Source: Methanotrichaceae archaeon | GTDB taxonomy: Archaea > Halobacteriota > Methanosarcinia > Methanotrichales > Methanotrichaceae | Reading direction: 5' to 3' | NCBI GenBank assembly: GCA_963803145.1 | Contig: CAWDLW010000015.1 | Span: 192,001 to 256,000, forward strand | DNA length: 64,000 bases | In this document: piece after piece, positions 27,633 to 37,740 of the stretch | Layout: every line of letters starts with the position of its first letter | Numbering within the stretch: the stretch's first letter is position 1 | Notes under the pieces: model-generated | The model's database searches: none | What the model was told of the DNA's origin: nothing | What the model saw: only the letters and a program-made list of their open reading frames with translations | Program-made: the position numbers and the translations under genes

Positions 27633-29087
27633 ATGGTCCGGACCTACAGGCTGCTGATAATAGGACTACTATTGACATTTATTCTGGTAGGATCAGCATC
27701 GGCGCAATCCAACTCTACATATAGCATTAGCGCCGCCGATGTAGTAGCCAAGATAAAATCTGGCGAGGCTGTGGATTACCAGAATGTCTCAATAGAGGGC
27801 AATCTGGATCTAAGCGGTCTGAATGTTCCCGTAAACCAAGCTGTGATAATAACAAATTCACGAATCGGCAGTGCTAACTTCGATGGCGTCACATTTGAGG
27901 AGCCTTTGGATATGAGCGGCTCAGTGTTTCAGAAAAGCGTCAGTTTTGCAAAGGTCAAGTTCCTTTCAGACGCGAGGTTTACAGGCTCGGCTTTCATGGG
28001 TCCTGCAGACTTCAGAGATACTGATTTCGAAGGACCCACTTCATTTACCAGCGCGCAGTTTTTTAGCGATACAAGCTTTGGAAACGCCCAGTTCAGCAGC
28101 GATGCAAGTTTTTTAGATTCCAGCTTTGCTAGGGATGTGGACTTCAACTTCGCCCAGTTCTCTAGAACTGCATCTTTCTGGAATGCCAGTTTCGATAATG
28201 TTAGCTTTCTTGAGGCGAAGTTCATGGAACACGCCTCCTTCGGCTATACCCAATTCAATGGCAATTCTGTCTTTGCAGCCACGAATTTCGGAAGCGATGT
28301 AGTCTTCAAGTCATCGATATTTAGAGGCAATACCACCTTTGGGCTTTCTAAGTTCGACGGCTTATGCGACTTCACTGGTGTGAACTTCAAGGTCATGGCC
28401 ACGTTTTTAGGCACGAAGTTTTCCGATAATGTTTATTTCACTGACGCAAAGTTCGATAAAGATCTGATACTCGAGGGCGCAAGAATATACAGCATGCAGC
28501 TCGACAATGTTACCTTTGCAGAGGGCTCTAAAATAAACTTGAAGGATGCGGACTTCACCAGATTTGTAGTCAGGTGGAACGCCATTAAGGATCGCTTAAT
28601 CTTCGATGGGGCCGCCTATCAGGCGCTTGTCAAAAATTACAAGAACCTTGAATGGTTCGACGACTCTGATGACTGCTACTATCAGTACAGAATGCTTACT
28701 CAGTCCCAGGAGCCATGGGGCTGGACGAAGATCATAGATATTGTATCCTGGTTATCCTGCGGCTACGGGGTGCGTGTGAGCTATGTCACATTCTGGTGTA
28801 TCTTCACAATCCTTTTCTTCGGCTTCATCTACTGGGCTGGCAACGGTATGAGGCGATTCGAGCTTTCCGGCAGAGAGGTTCCGACGGATGGAGAGAGTAC
28901 GAATGATGATAGAACCCCGTTAACCGATGCCGTCTATTTCAGCACAGCGATGTTTACAACCTCTCAAGCCCCTTATTATAACTATCCTGTAGGAATCTAT
29001 AGACATCTGGCGATGTTTGAGGGCATACTCGGATGGTTCTTCCTCGGCCTCTTTGTCGTTGTGCTAAGTGGAGTATTGATACGATAG
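27633..29087 (+). CDS. Pentapeptide-repeat protein with C-terminal two-TM K-channel-like domain
   Basis: Many (A/V)xFxxxxF repeats; C-terminal GYG..TM..AVYFSTAMFTT..P.G...LAMFEGILGW; signal peptide. Confidence 0.8.
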   Translation: MVRTYRLLIIGLLLTFILVGSASAQSNSTYSISAADVVAKIKSGEAVDYQNVSIEGNLDLSGLNVPVNQAVIITNSRIGSANFDGVTFEEPLDMSGSVFQKSVSFAKVKFLSDARFTGSAFMGPADFRDTDFEGPTSFTSAQFFSDTSFGNAQFSSDASFLDSSFARDVDFNFAQFSRTASFWNASFDNVSFLEAKFMEHASFGYTQFNGNSVFAATNFGSDVVFKSSIFRGNTTFGLSKFDGLCDFTGVNFKVMATFLGTKFSDNVYFTDAKFDKDLILEGARIYSMQLDNVTFAEGSKINLKDADFTRFVVRWNAIKDRLIFDGAAYQALVKNYKNLEWFDDSDDCYYQYRMLTQSQEPWGWTKIIDIVSWLSCGYGVRVSYVTFWCIFTILFFGFIYWAGNGMRRFELSGREVPTDGESTNDDRTPLTDAVYFSTAMFTTSQAPYYNYPVGIYRHLAMFEGILGWFFLGLFVVVLSGVLIR

Positions 29088-29138
29088 CATCAGCCTCGGA
29101 AAGGTTGATATACGTGATTGCTTCATGAAAAGCTTCGA

Positions 29139-29213
29139 GGGCGCGTGGCCTAGTCAGGACAAGGCGGCAGCCTCCTAAGCTGTAGATCGGGGGTTCGAAT
29201 CCCCCCGCGCCCG
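29139..29213 (+). tRNA. tRNA-Arg(CCT)
   Basis: GGGCGCG/CGCGCCC acceptor stem, GCAGC-CT CCT AA-GCTGT, GGTTCGAATCC. Confidence 0.96.
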
Positions 29214-29320
29214 CTTTCTCCCTGGCTTGTTTTATCAAGATAACAGCGGGCGACAGAAGCAGTGACTCGCAGTGCTCAGACTAAAGCTAGCGCTTTCTTA
29301 GCCAGGATCAAACATCTGAA

Positions 29321-29995
29321 TCAATAGCCCAAACACTCATTTACCAGTATTAGCGTGATTCTGCCGGTCTGCTTTTCATTCGCTAGTATCACGCACTTTC
29401 CTATCCAACTTGGAGCGCCTAGTGCTTTCTTGGCACGCGCATCCTCCAATGGAAAGGCATACTCCATCACCCTCTGCAGTGCATCAGAAAGCGTTGGAAC
29501 TATCTTGTTCACGCCCGAAATGAGAATCAGGTGCTTGGCTGCAAAAGGCCAGGCTCCAACTCGGCTTCCGGTTCCATCACAGGATACAATCTCACCTGTC
29601 ATGGCGATGGCATTGACCCCTGAGAGAAAGTATTCGGCGCTGACCGATCTTCTTCTGAGCTCATTTCTCTTCCCAGCATCGTTCTCTGATATCACAATTT
29701 TGCGCAGATTCTTCCAGCTTGATTTTTCGCTATTCGCCAGGTCATCATAGCCAATCTCTATTAGTGTTGTGGATGAACCGTTCATAACCTCAGCGCCTTG
29801 AGGTATGATCTCCTTAATTTTAGCAAGGGCTGCATTTCCATCAGGAACGCGTATTACTTTGATGTTGCCCTTTTCCTCGATTGTCTTGGCTGTCGTATTT
29901 ATCTCGCTCTCGGAGGGGACACGGTTCCACCTTTTCGAATCGATCTTTAATTCAGGCAAAAGGTTGACAGCGCTGTATTTAGTGGCGTTTACCAT
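29321..29995 (-). CDS. LUD-domain (lactate utilization C-like) protein
   Basis: GSSTTLIEIG, FLSGVNAI, DGTGSRVG, GVNKIV. Confidence 0.85.
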   Translation of the reverse strand: MVNATKYSAVNLLPELKIDSKRWNRVPSESEINTTAKTIEEKGNIKVIRVPDGNAALAKIKEIIPQGAEVMNGSSTTLIEIGYDDLANSEKSSWKNLRKIVISENDAGKRNELRRRSVSAEYFLSGVNAIAMTGEIVSCDGTGSRVGAWPFAAKHLILISGVNKIVPTLSDALQRVMEYAFPLEDARAKKALGAPSWIGKCVILANEKQTGRITLILVNECLGY

Positions 29996-30107
29996 TCAAT
30001 CACCCTTTAACTATCATGAACTGCACTAATAGTATAAACTACTGTTAAATATCAATTATTGTCAAAGATTGTCAAATAATATTGAAAAACGAAGATTGAG
30101 GTCTGGA

Positions 30108-30536
30108 TCAGCTCGTAGTGCTGGCCTTAACGATATCCTTAACAATATACTTGACTAAGTCAGGGCTAACCTTAGTCTTCCCCTGAATTTGAGCTGTGAC
30201 CTCATCTATGCTCAAACCTAACGCAACCATAGCGCGGATTTCCGTCAGGGTGATATCATCCACGGTCAAATATCCATCGAAATTATTCCCATTATCCAGG
30301 CTATCCCAGATATCCCCCTCCAACAGCTCTATACCCTGCATCTCCAGGAATACTTGAAGAGCATTAGACATAGCCTTTCGATATGATGGCGATACTTGGA
30401 TCATTCTGAGACGAGGACATCTCTGCATGAGGGTGAGGATATCTACGTTTGAGGCTCTAAAGGCCAAATGAATCATCTTATCATCGGGATTGAGTTTAGG
30501 TATCTCAATCCTTTCGCTAACTATTCTAAGTCTCAT
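30108..30536 (-). CDS. DUF1699-family protein
   Basis: MRLRIVS...IHLAFRASNVDI...CPRLRMIQVSPSY...FLEMQGIELLEGD; start at ATG 30536. Confidence 0.8.
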   Translation of the reverse strand: MRLRIVSERIEIPKLNPDDKMIHLAFRASNVDILTLMQRCPRLRMIQVSPSYRKAMSNALQVFLEMQGIELLEGDIWDSLDNGNNFDGYLTVDDITLTEIRAMVALGLSIDEVTAQIQGKTKVSPDLVKYIVKDIVKASTTS

Positions 30537-30959
30537 ATTCTCTAGATTAATATAATGAACCAATCTCATTAATAGATGCTTGAACTGATCACTTGTGTAT
30601 AAATCGGCATGAATAGAACATAAACATTGGAAGAAATAAATTAATGTATCGATAATTGAGCATCTTACAGCCGACTTAAAACTCGTTGAAGAGCTTAAAG
30701 GGAACCCGACCTCAATTGACCAGCTCAAATCCAAGCGAGAGATACGGCATCCTCTTTGAATTCCATTCCATATAAAGCGTATTTTCAGAAGGTAACCAAG
30801 GAATTTATCTTTTTCATAGAATCTTTAGGATGTTATTATATATTATACTGATTATAAATCCGTAAAAGTTATATTACCTAACATACTAAATATCATTGCT
30901 AATCTCAAAAGGGACCAATCTTCCGATAGATAATATAGATTAACGAACGGAGGGAGACT

Positions 30960-31208
30960 ATGAAACGAAGTAGGCATACCATTATTTCGCAAGTCTTGAA
31001 TATATGTATTGGCGGCGCAAGCAAAACTAAAATAGTATATCAAGCGAACCTCAACTTCAGAACGGTTAATCCTTATATAGAGCTGCTTACAAAAAACGGC
31101 CTTATCAATATCAAGAATGGATCGACTGTAATATATGAGACTACAGAAAAAGGCAAGTCACTCTTGGATAGCATCAGACAAGTACAAAATGAATTATCAA
31201 AAACATAA
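30960..31208 (+). CDS. Archaeal winged-helix DNA-binding protein
   Basis: MKRSR..II..VL..C..GASKTKIVYQANLNF, YETTEKG; GGAGG RBS. Confidence 0.88.
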   Translation: MKRSRHTIISQVLNICIGGASKTKIVYQANLNFRTVNPYIELLTKNGLINIKNGSTVIYETTEKGKSLLDSIRQVQNELSKT

Positions 31209-31339
31209 CGCCGCTTATTGAAGAATCGGATCTGATGCATTAGCTGGGTGATGCCGGAGAATGGATAATAGTCTGTTCCATTCTCAGAATACCTCTATCC
31301 ATATCTTCCTGTTCGATAAATTCTAATGGACTCTGGCGT

Positions 31340-31771
31340 TTACCCCTCGCTATCTGCCAGGTCTTTATCTGGAATTATTATCTCCCACACCTCATTCTCT
31401 AAATCATTGATTGCACCGTCGTAATACTGAGCATTAACTTTATTATAAGCCCGATCAGCTGCCAAATTTACATTCTCTGGATAGCCTGTTCCCTCAAAGT
31501 TCATTGCATGAAGCGCACAGATTATATAATCCATCTCTACTTGCGTAAGATCGATCTCAACCTGTTTAGTGGTATCGAATTTATCTCGGAATAAATTTGG
31601 AAGTTGTATTTCCCCGCCTCTTCTCAGCTTCAGATAAACCGCGTCCATGAATTTATGCGCTAGAACATAAAGATCCCTTCTGGATACGGATTTGGGAAGG
31701 AAAAAATCATCCATATCGCTGAGTGCTGATAGAATTATATTGGCTTCCTCAAGATCAAATAACGACCTCAT
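31340..31771 (-). CDS. Hypothetical protein
   Basis: 143-aa ORF with GAGGGG RBS. Confidence 0.6.
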   Translation of the reverse strand: MRSLFDLEEANIILSALSDMDDFFLPKSVSRRDLYVLAHKFMDAVYLKLRRGGEIQLPNLFRDKFDTTKQVEIDLTQVEMDYIICALHAMNFEGTGYPENVNLAADRAYNKVNAQYYDGAINDLENEVWEIIIPDKDLADSEG

Positions 31772-32457
31772 AAGGACCCCTCGATCCTCTCATAGAGAAT
31801 CTAATTAAAAAGGTTTCAGGGTAGTTTGTTCCTTATTTCATATGATCAATAACTTTTGGGTTAACTGCCACACCATGAAGGGTATGGCTTGTAGCTAGTG
31901 GTCTACCTGCCAAAGCCGATAAAATCGAAGATAACGGTTATGTTAGATACGACAAAGGATGCAATGTTCATGGATTATTCAAACCGGGATCTCCCTGAAA
32001 GTCGCGATCTGACTAGGCGCATCCTGCCGCGAGCTTCGAGGCATTCAGTTTAAGATAAAGATACAATTAGTGAATCGGATGGTGAGCTTCGTGATTGCGG
32101 CGATCGATTATCCCGATCATAGGCACAGGAAGTTCATCCTTGCCTGGTTGGTCCTGTTAAAGCTCAGGATGACTCATCTCTTGGCATCCTGACTACTACT
32201 ACTGCCTGAGCAGCGCGAAGGTATGTCGAACTGATCTATCATCATCTCCGGATAGCCCATAGGCTTGTCGGTCCTTGACCATCCAAACGTTCTTGTGGCC
32301 TTCATCCGGCCATCTTTAGACAAGTTCGCCCCTACGGTTTCAAAGAGGGCGGCGTTATCATCTACAACTCACCGATATTCTGAAGTGGTAGGATGTTGGA
32401 TGATGAACAATGCTTATATTCTTTAATGCCCATTCAATGTGTATTGAGTGAGGGTCC

Positions 32458-32694
32458 ATGAACATTAATTTGGGCGCGCCCTACGAGGCCGCCATAAAGA
32501 GCATCATCGAGAAAGGCTATGCTGGAAGCCAGACTGAGGTTATACGCCAGGCCATCCTTGCCTACGAGCGGATAATCGAGGAGGAAGAGCTTGCCCTGGT
32601 ACACAAAGCGGTTGAGATAGAGATGGAAGAGATAGAGGCCAGAGAGAGCAAGACCTATTCTTTCGAAGACATAAAGAAGATCGTCAAAGGCTAA
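32458..32694 (+). CDS. ParD/CopG-like ribbon-helix-helix antitoxin
   Basis: MNINLG....IKSIIEKGYAGSQTEVIRQAI, acidic C-terminus, upstream of the toxin gene. Confidence 0.8.
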   Translation: MNINLGAPYEAAIKSIIEKGYAGSQTEVIRQAILAYERIIEEEELALVHKAVEIEMEEIEARESKTYSFEDIKKIVKG

Positions 32695-32704
32695 CCTGGA
32701 CATT

Positions 32705-32965
32705 ATGGAGCTTATCTTTTCAGAATCTGCCAGAAGGGAGATGGAGGATCTAGAGCAAGAATTGAAATTTCTTTTTATCGAGCATCTTGAAAAGATGCAA
32801 AAGGCGCCTCCTCGCAAGCACATGATGCATGGTATACCCTGTCATGTAGAAAAGGTGACGAAGCAGGCAAGAATAGTCTACAATATCAAAGGAGAACAAA
32901 TCTATGTGCTACACTGCTTCGCCAGTCACAAGGAGTACGAGCGCTGGTATAAATCATACAAATAG
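32705..32965 (+). CDS. RelE/ParE-family toxin
   Basis: LIFSESARREMEDL...RIVYNI....IYVLHCFASHKEY. Confidence 0.8.
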   Translation: MELIFSESARREMEDLEQELKFLFIEHLEKMQKAPPRKHMMHGIPCHVEKVTKQARIVYNIKGEQIYVLHCFASHKEYERWYKSYK

Positions 32966-33088
32966 GGCAGCGTGACCTTTGCGAAATGGAGTTGGATCTT
33001 GCCAATTCCTTAGTGATTGATCCAATCCCAAACCGGATGCTCTAGAGATCGATGATGCTAAATACTATTACTACAATTATTGTATGTT

Positions 33089-33781
33089 ATGCAAAGGATT
33101 GCTGTATTAACATTGTTGGTACTATCTCTGTTAGTACTATCCCTTCTAGAGATACCCACTCTCGCTGCCGTTGGTGGGAATTCATCCGAACAACTAGCGC
33201 CGGATTTAGTTGGACAGCTCAATCAATCCAATCAAACCGTGACTGCAAAAGAAGAGAGTTTATGGCTGCAAATGAGGACTCTGTGGCTGGAAAATGTGTT
33301 CTGGACCAGGATGGCTATGGTCAGCATAATCCAGGGCTGCGATAACAGAGTATCGGTTCAGAACAGATTAATGAGAAATTACCAGGATATGGAAACTACG
33401 CTCAGTCCTTATCTGGGGAATGAGACAGCAACCAGATACGGAGATCTGATCGAAAAGAATACTCAGATCACAATTGATCTTGCCACTGCCGCGGGGAATA
33501 AAAACCAATCTGCTCTCGAAAATGCAAACAAAAGCTTGTTTGAAAATGCTGATAGCATTGCCTCTTTCGAGAACACAACTGTTGCCAAGCTCCCCATCGA
33601 TGACAGAAAGGCTATGTGGCATAATTATCTGAATCTCACCAGAAACGAGACCACTGAGCTGGCTAACAAAGATTACAATGCCTCAATTGACACATTTGAT
33701 CTGCTGGAAGAGCAGACCAACATTATGGCTGATTCTCTGACCAACGGAATCATTCAGAATTCACCAATGGGGTTCGAGTAA
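33089..33781 (+). CDS. Secreted helical-bundle hypothetical protein
   Basis: Signal peptide; LWLENVFWTR, RLMRN, ENADSIA, MADSLTNGII. Confidence 0.65.
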   Translation: MQRIAVLTLLVLSLLVLSLLEIPTLAAVGGNSSEQLAPDLVGQLNQSNQTVTAKEESLWLQMRTLWLENVFWTRMAMVSIIQGCDNRVSVQNRLMRNYQDMETTLSPYLGNETATRYGDLIEKNTQITIDLATAAGNKNQSALENANKSLFENADSIASFENTTVAKLPIDDRKAMWHNYLNLTRNETTELANKDYNASIDTFDLLEEQTNIMADSLTNGIIQNSPMGFE

Positions 33782-33815
33782 CATGAGCGCAAAGTCAGCT
33801 TTAATAGGTGGAAAA

Positions 33816-34667
33816 ATGAAAAAGATATTAGCACTGGCAATCCTGATTGTGCTCCTCACAGTCAGCGCATGGGCTCAGCCAACTCCACAAGCTAAACCCC
33901 CAAGCCCGGAGTCTTTAGGAATTCAGATCCCAACACCCGCGTCCAGCACTCAAGCCCCGCCGACCTCCGAAAGCACACAAACTTTGATCGCTACAAGCGA
34001 ATCATCAGCCCGCGCCACAGGTTCCTCAGCTAGATCTGTATCAACGTCACCAACACTGACCGCCATAATAGTCCCGCCTGGGACCTCGTCACCCAACAAA
34101 TTCTATGTTCCCTACACACCATCTACTGTGGCCAGCTGTTATTACGGTCAGTGGCTCCCCTTATGGCTAAACGTGCAGGGCACTGGACAGCTGTATAGCT
34201 ATGAATGGTATCCAAGCGGACGGTTAGTTAGCCAGTACCTGACCAATATACGGAATCCAGGCTGGCAGAAGATGTGGTTTAACGGAGATGCCGCCGGATG
34301 GCATACACTGCAGTACTATTGCAGCGGCTGGAGCAATTACATATACATTTACGTCTATGGATCGTCCAACCCAACTCCAACACCACTGTCACCGTATCCG
34401 CCATCACCGTATCCACCGTCGCCCTATCCGCCATCCCCAGGATGCAACGCCAAAATAACCGTTACATCCAACTCGATTAGAGGATATTCGGTTTATGTGG
34501 ATGATAACTATGTTGGAGGAGACGGCCAAGGCAACCCGCGCGATGGCACATTCAGCTTCACTGTATCTGGAAATCAACCGCATACCATAAGGGTATACAG
34601 TAATGGCTTCAGCTATTCTCAGACCAAGCTCTATAGCTGCGGGAATAGCTACACGCTCAAAGTATGA
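33816..34667 (+). CDS. Secreted Pro/Ser/Thr-rich protein with Ig-like and PEGA-like domains
   Basis: AGGTGG RBS, signal peptide, (PSPYP)x3 linker, YSVYVDDNYVG. Confidence 0.75.
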   Translation: MKKILALAILIVLLTVSAWAQPTPQAKPPSPESLGIQIPTPASSTQAPPTSESTQTLIATSESSARATGSSARSVSTSPTLTAIIVPPGTSSPNKFYVPYTPSTVASCYYGQWLPLWLNVQGTGQLYSYEWYPSGRLVSQYLTNIRNPGWQKMWFNGDAAGWHTLQYYCSGWSNYIYIYVYGSSNPTPTPLSPYPPSPYPPSPYPPSPGCNAKITVTSNSIRGYSVYVDDNYVGGDGQGNPRDGTFSFTVSGNQPHTIRVYSNGFSYSQTKLYSCGNSYTLKV

Positions 34668-34694
34668 TCGGATCGAAATGATCCGATTTTTTTT
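34667..34694 (+). terminator. Hairpin plus oligo-T terminator
   Basis: ATCGGATC-GAAAT-GATCCGAT followed by a T run. Confidence 0.7.
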
Positions 34695-34940
34695 GGTTAT
34701 CGTGGACTATTTCGCTATTTGATTTCGTTGGTTATCAGAAAGTCGGCGAAAACAACTTTAGCCTGATGCTTATTCGTAGTTTCACTTGGTTATAAGATAT
34801 ATTATCCTTTGTATTATTATAGTGCATCTTTAATGCAATTTGAGATAGTGCCATCCAAGTGGCAAAGCAATATGAGAGACCCTAGAGATAAGTTAATATT
34901 GCTGTATCTCGATTTAATGCCAATGTCTGGAGGGACCCAT

Positions 34941-36107
34941 GTGAAGCTATTTGCGATATCTTTGGCTTTCGTCTGTTTATTGCTAATATCACTATTGGCA
35001 AATGGATCGACCGTCTCACAAGATCTAGGCAAAGATGCCTTGATGAATTTGGCTGGGAATATATCGTACAACGTGAGGAATCTCACCGTTAATGATACGG
35101 CCATTAGTGCCGCGAAAAATCAGTCTTTCAGTATGGCGATACCTGTCCGTAATTTGAGCGGCGGCCGAGCGTGGGATTTCCTTATGCTAAAAATAACGAA
35201 TAACGATACGAAAGGCACGATTGCCTCTGAGATCTCTGCCCTGAAGGGATCCGATGGCAGTTTGCTGTGGAAGAAAGATTTCCCTGAAGCGATTGCCTAC
35301 GCCTTCCCGGTGGATGATCCTAATGGAGATGGCAGCAGCGATGTTGTAGTTGACGTGGCTCTGACAGGCATGAGCTTCATACCTTATAGCGAGTTGCTTG
35401 TTCTGGACGGCAGTAACGGCACAGAGATCTGGAGAAGGCAAAACTTCCTGGCTGCAACTATAGCATATCCGCTGAACAAGACAATGCTTCTGGAACATCT
35501 CTTTGGAATAGATCCTGCGAATAAAACCGCTGTGACTAAAATAAGCTCAATTCTAGCCGCCAATGGAACAGAGATCGATTCCAGGATCTTCCAAGGGGCG
35601 ATAGCTATTGAGTACCCTGCATGCAATCTCACAGGAAATGCGAGCCATGATAGCATAATAGCGGCGTATAATATCGATGAGAAGAACAGCTCGGTATCAA
35701 CGGACATAAGTGCTTTGAGAAGCTTGGACCGCTCAGAGCTATGGCATAAGAAATTCAACAATTTGGCACTCGCGATTCCCAATGAGGATGTGACTGGAGA
35801 TGGCCTCTCGGATATTGTTGTCTATGAGATGCGCCCTGAAAGAAACAGCTCAAACAGCATAAATAGCACAAATACAAGCATCTCCCTTCTCAGAGGGTCG
35901 GACGGAGTGATGCTCTGGCAGAGGCTTTATAACGGCTCAGTTGCAATCGCCTCTACAGTTCCTGATCTTACTGGTGATGGGATCAAGGATTTCATCATAT
36001 ACAAATTCGGTGGCTCCGGCAAAGAAGCCGCTAGCGTTGAGGCGCTCAAAGGAGATAACGGATCGCTGCTGTGGAGCAGGCCATCGATGATTCTGTTGCC
36101 GCAGTAA
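34941..36107 (+). CDS. Secreted beta-propeller protein with FG-GAP-like DxxGDG loops
   Basis: GGAGG then GTG 34941; repeats ALxGxDGxLLW and DxTGDGxxD. Confidence 0.75.
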   Translation: MKLFAISLAFVCLLLISLLANGSTVSQDLGKDALMNLAGNISYNVRNLTVNDTAISAAKNQSFSMAIPVRNLSGGRAWDFLMLKITNNDTKGTIASEISALKGSDGSLLWKKDFPEAIAYAFPVDDPNGDGSSDVVVDVALTGMSFIPYSELLVLDGSNGTEIWRRQNFLAATIAYPLNKTMLLEHLFGIDPANKTAVTKISSILAANGTEIDSRIFQGAIAIEYPACNLTGNASHDSIIAAYNIDEKNSSVSTDISALRSLDRSELWHKKFNNLALAIPNEDVTGDGLSDIVVYEMRPERNSSNSINSTNTSISLLRGSDGVMLWQRLYNGSVAIASTVPDLTGDGIKDFIIYKFGGSGKEAASVEALKGDNGSLLWSRPSMILLPQ

Positions 36108-36522
36108 GCGGCATATCCTTTTTAATCCTCGTACGTGCGCCTCATAGCTGGCGTACAGCTGATGCACACTTCTTAATTCGCAATATGATAAAAGCGCCCA
36201 AATTATGCTTTAGATTCTAATTTATATATTATGATCATAGTTGCAGCTTAAAAACCTTTGATTAAGCTGTCATATTCTACTTACATTCAAAAATAAGCCC
36301 ATTTCATAGATCGTTTGCCGGGCATAGCTTATTTTGCCCGATACTCTAATATAGTTCTGGATTCATTTTCCGAAACGTTATGGTATTGATTTAAGTGATG
36401 CTCATGCTGGGATTGGACAGGAAAATTTTCCTTTGCCTGAAAAGCTTTTTCTAATATGGCTCCAAGGCATGTCCCCAGTAACGTGCATCTTATGTAAAAT
36501 AAAGCGCCTGGAGGGGATCGAT

Positions 36523-36768
36523 ATGGCGAGCGAGATCAAGAGGTGTTATAAGGAAATGGCCCATATAGATACTACTGAACAAGCCGTACAATGGTGTGCA
36601 GATGAGTCTGCTGATGTCGAGTTCTCCAACAACGTCGGCGTACGTAGGGTCTGGGTAAGGATCCAGGGTCACCCTGTTGTCGTCAGAGAGACATTGATCG
36701 ATGCGGTCAAGGTTCTAAATGAGATAGTCAGGAAGCGTAAGTCAGACGAAAGTCTGTATATCTGGTGA
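36523..36768 (+). CDS. Hypothetical protein
   Basis: GGAGGGG RBS before ATG 36523. Confidence 0.55.
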   Translation: MASEIKRCYKEMAHIDTTEQAVQWCADESADVEFSNNVGVRRVWVRIQGHPVVVRETLIDAVKVLNEIVRKRKSDESLYIW

Positions 36769-37286
36769 TGGGGGGATTAACGGTCTGAACACATTTACCT
36801 ATAAGCCAGCAAGGGATTGCCAAAAGGGCACGCTGTTGGCGCATGTGCACCGTATTGTATATTTCTAATATGGGATATTTCCAGCCAATCCTTATCATAA
36901 GATCTGCTATATCTCTGCGGTATGCCACACAATTTGCATGCGCTTACAATCGCTCGACACGTTGCTTGGTTCAGCTGAAGACCATGCTACAATGAATTAA
37001 TCTAAGGGCGACAATGTCATTGATACAAATTCAACTATATCATTTATAGCACCAATGGCTTTATAAAATAACTTTCGATTCAATGAAGTAATTATGGATA
37101 TACCCGTTATCAAATGAATAAGATCATCGATCATATTCTCATAGGAATGGTTAGCGCCAACAGAAGCGCCTCGATGATTATTATATATACCAAACGATGG
37201 CATTATTAGCAGATTTCAAACGCTATCTATACAACATGTAACATTTTTTAGTAATGTTTTTAAGCCTAGAAGAGACAATTATATTT

Positions 37287-37523
37287 ATGGCAAGTCAAAG
37301 CGATACGGATATCAAGGCGGAAGAGGAGTATAGAGAATATATCTGCAGAGAGGTATATCAGAATAAAGAATGCGGCTTTTCGGTGCGTGCAAAGAGCGAA
37401 GATGAAGTTATAGAGCACGCGCAAATGCACCAGGAGCAAGCCCATGGTATGACAGGAAGAACTCCAGATACTGAAAACAACATTAGAGGAAATATTAGGA
37501 CAGTCAGAGTTCCAGTTACCTAA
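37287..37523 (+). CDS. DUF1059-domain small metal-binding protein
   Basis: CRE.....CGFSVRAKSEDEVIEHAQMHQEQAHGM. Confidence 0.8.
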   Translation: MASQSDTDIKAEEEYREYICREVYQNKECGFSVRAKSEDEVIEHAQMHQEQAHGMTGRTPDTENNIRGNIRTVRVPVT

Positions 37524-37740
37524 ACCTTATCGATAATTTTTATATTTCGTTATATCTTTTAGTTACATATCATATTTCTCTTAAACAATTAGCATGCTAA
37601 CCCTCGAACTGATAATGATAACTTATAAATCAAATGGTAAGCAGCCGAAGGTGCCATTGGATAGATATCGAATAAAATCGAATCTTAGTCTCGAAAATTG
37701 AGGCTGGCCTCTATCTGAGACCAGCGCCTTAATTGTTAGT

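Noticed and set aside
25108-29213. tRNA-anchored integrated element
   Set aside because: No integrase and no duplicated tRNA 3' end found
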